The notes below the pieces were generated by a model. It saw only the letters and a program-made list of their open reading frames with translations. It had not been told where the DNA came from and ran no database searches. Shown one piece after another: positions 53,870 through 64,000 of a DNA stretch of 64,000 bases (position 1 is the first letter of the stretch; every line of letters starts with the position of its first letter). The position numbers were made by a program, and so were the translations under genes. The stretch is from Octopus sinensis (taxonomy: Eukaryota): the NCBI RefSeq assembly GCF_006345805.1, contig NC_043002.1, positions 37,448,001 through 37,512,000 on the forward strand. Reading direction: 5' to 3'.

Positions 53870-54604
53870 TATATATATATGTGTGTGTGCATATATATGT
53901 GAATATATATATGTGTGTGCATGTGTGTGTGTATATATGCATATATATATGCGTGTGCATATATATGTATATATGTATGTGAGTGTTATATATGTGTGTA
54001 TATTTATGTATTTGTGTGTGCATATATATATATAATATATATATACGTGTGTGTATATATATATACACGTATGTATATATATATATATATATGTCTGTGT
54101 GTGTGTATTATATATGTATATATATATATAATACCTATATATATGTATATATACCTATATATATGTATATATACCTATATATATGTATATATACCTATAT
54201 ATATGTATATATACCTATATATATGTATATATACCTATATATATATATATATGATATATATATATATATATAATACCTATATATATAATACCTATATATA
54301 TACATATACCTATATATATATATATATATATAATATATATATATATATACCTATATATATATATACCTATATAATATATATATACCTATAATATATATAT
54401 ATACCTATATATATTATATAATATATATATATGATATATATACCTATATATATATGTATATATAATATATATACCTATATATATTATATATAATATATAT
54501 ACCTATATACCTATATATATATATGTATATATATATATATACCTATATACCTATATATATATATGTATATATATATATATACCTATAATATATATATATA
54601 TCTA

Positions 54605-54639
<35 letters not shown>

Positions 54640-54700
54640 CTATATATAATGTATATATATATGTATATATTATATATAATATATATATATGTATATATAC

Positions 54701-54747
<47 letters not shown>

Positions 54748-54835
54748 TATATACATATGTATATATGTATATATATATATATGCATACATGTATGTGTAT
54801 ATATATATGCATACATGTATGTATATATCTGTGTG

Positions 54836-54871
<36 letters not shown>

Positions 54872-55413
54872 TGTATATATGTATTTACATGTATACATGT
54901 GTAAATGAGTGTGTATATGTATAGATATAACACCTAGGAATAATAACAACAACAACTACAAAAACTAAAATAAAGATGTAAGAAATAAAAATTGAAAACA
55001 GCAACGTAGGCTACTGCAGAAAACATTTATTAATTGAATGAAGAACATGATAAAAGTGAAGTAAACGATATTTTGGATGTTAAAATTCAAAGCAGACAAA
55101 AGAAATAAACAGAATGATAAGTTTGACATGCTTGATGCATCAACATCATGAAAATAATGAAAACTGAGACTATATTTCAATGAGATATTTTTGCTGTAGT
55201 TATTCTTGTATTAGCTTTTTGCTTTTCCTAATGCTTGAGGTGATGCTGATGCTGATGGCAAGAGTGGTGGTGTTGGTTACTAGTTTCTGTAAGGAGTGGG
55301 TGCAATACAAGGGAGTGGCTGTATAGTTTGCCTTCAAAAGAAGCAAAAGAACAGTGTGTATGTATGTATGTGTGTGTGTGTGTATATATATATATACATA
55401 TATATATATATGT

Positions 55414-55445
<32 letters not shown>

Positions 55446-55625
55446 TATATATATATGTGTGTGTGTGCATATATATGTGAATATATATATGTGTGTGCAT
55501 GTGTGTGTGTATATATGCATATATATATGCGTGTGCATATATATGTATATATGTATGTGAGTGTATATATATGTGTGTATATTTATGTATTTGTGTGTGC
55601 ATATATATATAATAAATATATATAA
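51570..55625. repeat. Complex TA-rich block with a triplicated unique unit of about 425 bp
   Basis: acctaggaataataac starts at 52541, 53354 and 54932; the flanking microsatellite blocks are also duplicated. Confidence 0.9.
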
Positions 55626-56115
55626 TTCGTTTTCCAAGCTGGATCTCAAAGCACATAAAAGCTACAAATAATAGCATTTAAATGTTGGGTTTTTGAGAAA
55701 TCCTTTTGGATTCAAAACAAAAATTCAAAACTGCTCATGGGACTGTTTCTGTCCAAAAGGGTTTTATAACACAATGTTTAGATTCTATTATTTATAACAT
55801 TTATGTGATTCGTAGGCCAATTAAAAGAAAAAAAAAATTTCATGTTCTCTGTAAAGTTTATAAATTTTTACTCAAATATATATGTATGTGTGTGTGAAAG
55901 AGAGAGGGGGGAGAGAGAGAGTGTGTGTGTGTGTATATGACTCTCTATATCTATCTATCTATCTGTCTCTGTCTGCCTCAATATATATATCTGTGTGTGT
56001 ATATATATATATATATACATATGCATGTATGTATATATATATATGCATGTATGTATATGTGAATATGTATGGTTGGATACATAGATAAAAAGAGAGGAGA
56101 AAGAAGATAGACAAA

Positions 56116-56157
<42 letters not shown>

Positions 56158-57085
56158 AAAGACGGCTCCTAAATAACATTGTAAAAATGTGTGACAATGT
56201 GACAATGAGTAACAATGTGTCTACATGTATGTGTGTGTGTGTGTGCGTGCACAAATATTTCAGACACAGATTAGGAAAAAGAAAAGAAGAGAAAAGAAAG
56301 ACAACATAATGAAATATAATCTAGAGATGTCAGACAGTTAAAGAATAAATTTTTTTTCTTTTAAATAATGTAAAAAGAAAGAAATTACAAAAATAATGTC
56401 AAGAATATAATCATAAATGATGTCTTTGTAGAGACAAAATAAGATGTCCATTGTAAAGACAAATTGCATAACTTTTGAAAGGAAATTATGTCAATTGCGA
56501 AAGGTATGTGAAGAAGCATTTAGCTGAACATCATATGAAAAAAAGAGAATAAAAGTTTCATCATTTTAAGACTTATATTCTTTCAAATAATGTAGTGTAA
56601 CATGAGTGGGTGAGCTATTTTTTCTGATAATGGATCTAACTTCAATGTATAACAATTCAATGGTGCTGCTATTAATGGTAAGAGATCTTGTATTTAGTAC
56701 TGCTAGTGTAAGTACAGCTATGTGGATTGGCTGTTTAGTTTTCTCTTTGAAACTATGCTGGCAGGTTGGATTCCACTGAGCTGCTTTATCAAGTACTTTC
56801 TCCAGCCATTCAGCGTCCAATGTGGTTATTTATATATATATATATTGATTGTAGCCGTTTGCCAGCCTCGTCTGGCACCTGTGCCATGTAAAAGTACACT
56901 CATGGAGTGGTTGGCATTAGGAAGGGCATCAGGCTGTAGAAACATTGCCAGATCAGACTGGGCCTGGTGCAGCCTTCTGGCTTCCCAGACCCCAGTTGAA
57001 CTGTCCAACCCATGCTAGCATGGAAAGTGGACGCTAAACGATGATGATGATGATATATATATATATGTATATATTCTCTTTCTCT

Positions 57086-57448
57086 TTCTCTTTTACTTGT
57101 TTCAGTCATTTGACTGCGGCCATGCTGGAGCACCACCTTTTAGTACTTATTCTATCGGTCTCTTTTTACCGAACCGCTAAGTGACGGGGACGTAAACACA
57201 CCAGCATCAGTTGTCAAGCAATGCTAGGGGGACAAACACAGACACACAAACACACACACATATACATATATATACACATATACGACAGGCTTCTTTCAGT
57301 TTCCGTCTACCAAATCCACTCACAAGGCATTGGTCGGCCCGGGGCTATAGCAGAAGACACTTGCCCAAGATGCTACGCAGTGGGACTGAACCCGCAACCG
57401 TGTGGTTGGTTAGCAAGCTACTTACCACACAACCACTCCTGCGCCTAT
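57086..57448 (-). mobile_element. SINE family A, young copy
   Basis: Reverse complement nearly identical to 13060-13470 apart from an internal deletion near the 3' end. Confidence 0.88.
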
Positions 57449-57522
57449 ATATACGTATATATATTATCCATAAAGTATAGTACAAAATATCCACCATGGC
57501 TGATCTTATCAATCGGTTTCAA

Positions 57523-57713
57523 ATAAAGAATACAATGGAGTGTTAGGCAACAATCTGATTATATAACTTTGCAATCATCAAAGTTAGCTGATATGGAAGG
57601 GAATATGGTGACTGCACTCTATTGCTGGAGGTGGATTAGTACAATTGGTCAGTGGCTGCTGTGGAATAAGGTGGTGAAACAAAAAAAGGGTAACACTCCA
57701 TTGTATTCTTTAT
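57523..57713. mobile_element. MITE with perfect 23-bp inverted termini
   Basis: ATAAAGAATACAATGGAGTGTTA (57523-57545) / TAACACTCCATTGTATTCTTTAT (57691-57713). Confidence 0.8.
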
Positions 57714-58416
57714 GTGATTGGTAAGATCAGCTGTGATGGATATTTTATACTATACTGTGTGCGTGTGTGTGTGTTAAAGTGTATGTGTGTCTCTTTCAAG
57801 GTTGTGTTTATGCTGTGTTCCTTTTCACCCTGTAATTTTGATAAATAGATGTTGGAAAAATAAGAATTAGATTGAAATAATTATGGGAGTCAAATATGTC
57901 TCGCAAAATGCTTAACATTTTGTCCATCAAGTTCTGAGTTCAAATTGTGCCAAGGTGAACTTTACCTTTCATCCCTTTGGGGTTGATAAAATAAGTAACA
58001 CCATGCAGACTTTTAAGCTAGCTCTTATGGAGAGCTAATAGGGCCTTTGGTTTAAAGCTAAAAAGTGCTAAATAACATGACTATAATACATTTATAATGA
58101 CTATGTACCCCTGTGGTGTTTGATCAGAGGTTAAGGACAGATGAGAATTAATTCTGTAATGCCATCATTCTTTTGTTCCAGTTCCAAGTTGAATTTCATC
58201 TGTTGGCCAATTTGTTCCTAAGTTCTTATCTCAATGTAAAATTAACAAAGCGAATGTCATTTATCACCCCCTTGATATCTGACGCCATCTGACAAACACC
58301 AACCAAACTTTACCTGCTGGAGATAGCAACCCAAATGCTTTTAAATCAGATCAGACAGAATTTCACTTTTATTATCATAGATATACAGGAACTTGAGAAA
58401 TGTTGCTGTTGTAGTT

Positions 58417-58447
<31 letters not shown>

Positions 58448-58814
58448 CAGCAGCAGCAGCAGCAGTTATTGTTATCTAGTAGGGACAATAACACTGAAGA
58501 AGAACTGATGAATATAATTGGATTATGGTAGTCTGTCCAACCTATGCCAACATGGAAGTTAGACATGTCATTAGCTTCAGATCAGCTCTGACTGAGCGAA
58601 ATTATGAACCAAGGCATTCCAGTTATGGGCATTATAACTTTTACTCAAGCATTGTGTATATAGACATATGCATGGCTGTGTAGTTAAGAAGCTTGTTATG
58701 TAACCACATGGTTTTGGGTTCAGTCCATAGGCAAGTGGCTTCCACTATAGTCCCTGCACCAACCAGTGCATGCAAATGAATCTGCAGATTCATGTACACA
58801 CACACACACACACA

Positions 58815-58968
58815 CCTTCCCTTCTCTGGATCTTTCCTTCTCCTATGTTTCTGACAAAGAGCTCCGCTCGAAACGTTAAACCCTCCTTCTTTCCTTAGCA
58901 TCCAATAATACTATATTTGTTCCACGTCCTTGCGTTGTTGTGTTTTTTTTGTGCTTTCCTGTTTGGAT

Positions 58969-58975
<7 letters not shown>
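58815..58975 (+). mobile_element. Penelope-like pLTR relic with hammerhead-like motif (58847-58881)
   Basis: GTTT-CTGACAA-A-GAGC-TCC-GCTC-GAA-ACGT-T-AAAC; lies between (CA)n and (TA)n. Confidence 0.65.
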
Positions 58976-59009
<34 letters not shown>

Positions 59010-59018
59010 TATATATAT

Positions 59019-59050
<32 letters not shown>

Positions 59051-60559
59051 CAGAAACAAGTAAAAGATAGAAGATAAAACATAGGACTACTTTATCCAAT
59101 ACACCTATCGTTTTCAAAATTTTTATGTGAAATTTAAGGTAGTTTTGGCTGCTATTTCTAGTAGGCCAAGTGACAGAGACTTTTTCTCACTAAATCTTAA
59201 TTTCAGCTCACTTTAGGATGAAATTGTCCAACATGTAATGACTAGATGCCATTTGGCAGTTTTTTTTCCGTTTGAGGAAGCATTATGTAATGGTAGCTCT
59301 ATATTACTGCTAACATTGTCATGATATAAACAGAACAGGCTACTTAATCAACATACAATAGCACTCCATATTCTTTGAAATACATGTTGACAGTTACAGT
59401 ATCAAATATCTTTGTATTATTCCATTACATAACAGAGTTCTTTTCCAATTGATCAAAGCCCTTTAAGGGTTGGAGAGAACACTCTGCATCACACCTCTCT
59501 ATGGAAAGATGACCGCTACATCTACTTCATCCATAATATCATGTTTACTGCAGATTATTATTGGCAGTCCCCTCTATGCTTTGTGTTTATTGTTCAGCAT
59601 ATTTGGTATATCAACTAAAGTAATTTCCCAGGGTACTTTGAATAACTATGTCTACTGGCCAACAGCTACAGCTTACAGAACCTATTTCACTTAGATGGTT
59701 CAATATACCTACGTTTCTACCTACCCCCATATATATGTTTGGATTAACTTTATATATACATACATACATGCATACATACATACATACATACATACATGCA
59801 TGCATGCATGCATACATACATGCATACATACATACATACATACATACATACATACATACATACAAGTATACATACAAGTATACATACATACATACATACA
59901 TACATACATACATAATATATATATATGTGTGTGTGCATGTATATACATAGTGTGTCTTTGTGTGTGTATGTGTGCATATAAGTTTGTGTGTTAAAGAAGG
60001 AATTAAAAGGTGGTAACCCCAATTTCTGATTGATTTGAAGCTGTTCAGAAGGATTAATATTCCTAGTTATCTGTTTTAACATTTCATACAAAAATCCAGA
60101 ATAACCCACATTACAGTATCTTGAAGAAAAAATAAAAACAGAAATAGAAAAAATGTATAGATTGTAAATGCCATATAAGAGCTCAACAAAGAACATTCCA
60201 TTTATTATTTTGACAAAATAGTAATAACAACAACAACAACAGCAATAACAACAATGATAATAATAATAATGATGACGATGATGATGATAAAATATCTGGT
60301 TTCTTTTACTTCCACTAAATGTCTCAGCAAAATACAAGAGCAGAATTATTCTAGATGTGTCTCCTATAGTAAATATAGATGAAGGTGGTGAGCGGGAAGG
60401 TGATGTTGATTGAACTGATATGATAGGTTTCGTGATAAAGCTTATAGTAACAATGACGATGACAGCTGCAATGATGAAGATCCCTCAAAGAAAGTACCTT
60501 AGATATTTGGAGTGGTGAAACTGTAAAGAATAATTAAGTCAGCACGATCGATAGATTTT

Positions 60560-61251
60560 ACACACACACACACATACATGTATATATATATATATATCTA
60601 CATATACATATACACATATGCACATATACACACATATACACACATACATATACACATACACATACATATATACACATGCATATATACACATGCATATATA
60701 CACATGCATATATACACATGCATATATACACATACATATATACACATACATATATACACATGCATATATACACACACATATATACACATGCATATATACA
60801 CATTCATATATAAACATGCATATATACACATTCATATATACACATACATATACACACATACATATACACATATACATATATACATATACACATATACACA
60901 TACATATACACATATACATATACACATATACATACACATATATACATACACACATACACATATACATACATATACATACACATCCACATATATACATACA
61001 CATACACATATATACATACACACATACACATGCACACATATACATACACATCCACATACACATATACACATACACATACACACGTACACATATACACAGA
61101 CACATATACACATACATATATACACATACATATATACACATACATATATACACATACATATATACACATACATATACATATATATATATACATATACATA
61201 CACATATATATACACATACATATATACATCTATATACACATACATATATAC

Positions 61252-61282
<31 letters not shown>

Positions 61283-61345
61283 CATGTATATATATATATA
61301 TATATATACATGTATATATATATATATATATAAATATATATATAC
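60560..61345. repeat. Compound AT/AC microsatellite with 14-mer higher-order units
   Basis: Runs of ATATATACACAT(G/A)C units. Confidence 0.9.
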
Positions 61346-61420
61346 ATCCCACTTCTGACAGATAATTTTTTAATGGTGGTGCCCCAGCATGGCCACAGCT
61401 CGTGAGCTGAAACTAGATGA

Positions 61421-61479
<59 letters not shown>

Positions 61480-64000
61480 GTTGTTTTCTTCCAGAGGAGA
61501 ATAATTATAGAAAGCAATAACAACAAGAGAAATACAACAACAACAATTCTAACAAAAACTTGAGTGTGGACTTTGGTAGATAAATACATGTTTCCAACAA
61601 GTAGCCAACAGAAATAATTAAATGTTTCAACTTAACATTGATATCGACAAAATAAAATGTAATAAAATCATGTAGGCTTGAACGTGTTGCTATGTGATAC
61701 CAGAAAATTTAACAGTTCCAATATCAACTGAATATCACTTTACAACTTTTCAACAGTTCAATAAGTAGAAGTCTAATGAAAAATTGGCATTTTTCTTGAT
61801 TGGAATAACAACAAATAATAAACCACTGGATGAAATATACAAAAGAAAAAAAAAATTGTTTTATATACTGGTGTATATAGAAATGAAGCTAAAAAGCTAG
61901 TTTTAAAATCTCTGTAATAGATGAATGCAGTAGCTGTACTGGCAAGTAATGTTTGTCGCCACTTCAATATGGCAGTTCTATTTGAACAGATGTTATTGTG
62001 AGCAGTATATCGGATGCAGGTCATCATCATCATCATCGTTTAACGTCCGCTTTCCATGCTAGCATGTGTTGGATGATTTGACTGAGGTCTGGCGAACCAG
62101 ATGGCTGCACCTGGTTCCAATCTGATCTGGCAGAGTTTCTACAGATGGATGCCCTTCCTAATGCCAACCACCCCGAGAGTGTAGTGGGTGCTTTTACATG
62201 CCACCGGCATGAGGGCCAGTCAGGCAGTACTGGCAATGGCCACACTCAAATGGTGCTTTTTATGTGCCACCTCCACAGGAGCCAATCCAGCGGCACTGGC
62301 AACGACCTCACTCAAATGTTTTTTCACATGCCACCAGCACAAGTGCCAGTAAAGCGACGCAGGTAAAGTAAAGCAGCGCAGGTAAAGTAAAGTGACATGC
62401 ATCATTAACCAGCTAGAGGAAATGTCCTCTTGGGGTTAAAAATTAGCAGTAACGTCCATTTGAATGGAATCACCATGTTGAAGTGGTGTCAAATATTACT
62501 TATATGGACATCAATATATGCATATAGTGAAGGCATGTGTTTTAATGGTAAGGATATCCAGCTCATAATTATAAGGTTATGAGTTCAATTTCCAGTGACA
62601 GTTACATATATATCCTTAATATTAATCTCAAGGATGAAACAGTGTAGGGCAATATACAAAAAAGCTGGATCTTTGAATTACAGAAAATCTCATCAAACAG
62701 GCTTTTGATATGGTTTCTGTTCATCAAAACTCATCCACAAACTTTGGGTTGACCTACGGTCAGGAGTGTAGCTAGGAATAGGGGTAAGTGGGAATGATCC
62801 ATCTGGATGAAGCTTTTATGGAGAGGGGTCACTTTTAGGCCTGCTGTATAAGCTTGTATAGGCTTTAGAGAATGGAAGTTAGATAGGAAGATAGCAAACT
62901 AAAGGGCTGCCCTAAACAGTACAAAATCTAGTTACACAACTACCCATGACAGAATCCCCTTTTCTGATGTCAATCCTGTTTAGTGACCTTTCTTATGACA
63001 TGCAGGAATATCAGTACAGACATGAGGTCAAAGTTCAAAGCTGTTTCAGTTATGATCCTCCTTTCTTTTTTGTGCTTCATTTCAGGGACAACAATAGTGT
63101 TCAATGTTTCTTTGTATATTCAAAATAGTGAGGTGTGATTTGAGGGAAACTTCTTTGCTCTATCTAGTGGGCAGGTAAAGAGCCCACATTTCTCAAATAT
63201 ATTCGTGTATGTTTTGAAGTGAAATCACAACAACCAAGAATGTAAGAAAAACAACATGCTGCATTCCTGATTGATCATGAGTCTACTACTACTGCTTCTG
63301 CTGCTGTTACTACTGCTGTTACTACTGCTACTACTACTACTACTACTATTACTATCACCACCACCATGCCCTTCCTCTCTACTGCAACTGCCACCATAAT
63401 CCCTCTACCACACCTGCTGCCACCACCACCATCACCACCACCACCACCACCACTACTGTCATCACCAATAGCACCACCACTACTACTACTACTGTGCCAC
63501 ATTCACCACAACAGATCGTCAGGTAAACTATACAGACATGTACACATGCACATACTCATGCACACACACACACACATGCATGTGAATTGAAACTGATGTT
63601 AAAATGCTGAAATATTAGTAACTGTATTTTCCAGACAGCATGAAATGTTTATAATGACTATCAACAACATGCATCTTGGAAAGAGAAAGAGCAGCTGAAC
63701 TTTTAAGTTTAAAAGAAAGCTCCATAAAGATGTTAGGGGCTTGTTTACTTTACCCATCCTCTCCACTCTCACTTTTTATGTGGTACTGCTGCTCTACATT
63801 TTCTCTGAAGTTCTTTGCTATGCATTAGGTAATCATGAACTACCTAGCATACTTATACACGCATCTATATCAATTCTATGAATAATGTAGAACAAATACA
63901 AGTTCCCCCTGTGTATGGTGTATTTTCTAAATGTTTTGTATCTACTTTATGCAGTTCAGCAAGATCAGACATTTACAAGGGATATTGCAGTTTTAGAACT

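Larger units (their letters stand above)
7798..64000 (-). other. Cav3: Inferred giant U12 intron of Cav3 (5' end beyond window)
   Basis: No Cav3 N-terminal coding exon ending in a split Pro codon followed by ATATCCTT was found upstream in the window. Inferred from absence. Confidence 0.6.

Overview
AT-rich, microsatellite-saturated animal genomic DNA. The SINE/RTE repeat landscape and the one coding exon point to an octopus (coleoid cephalopod); this is inferred, not looked up. The only host coding sequence I can support is one 246-nt exon on the minus strand (7552-7797) of a T-type voltage-gated calcium channel (Cav3, CACNA1G/H/I orthologue; domain I S1-S3). Its upstream acceptor is a minor-spliceosome (U12) AT-AC site with a near-consensus branch point. 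No matching exon 1 is visible, so everything from 7798 to the window end appears to be one U12 intron of more than 56 kb. The rest is intronic and packed with mobile DNA: at least four tRNA-derived SINE families (three copies with clear TSDs), RTE LINE fragments and their 3' UTR copies, R4/Dong-type endonuclease relics in (AAT/GAT)n tracts, hAT and Tc1/mariner MITEs, fold-back elements and near-identical local duplications. The most unexpected signal is a set of about eight short elements that run into TA/CA microsatellites and each carry a minimal type-I hammerhead-ribozyme-like fold, as known for Penelope-like retroelement repeats. One of them (42084-42136, same strand as the channel pre-mRNA) has an apparently intact core with a U3:A8 compensatory swap. 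Nearly all other ORFs in the supplied track are translated microsatellites or repeats. Boundaries of degraded repeats are approximate.
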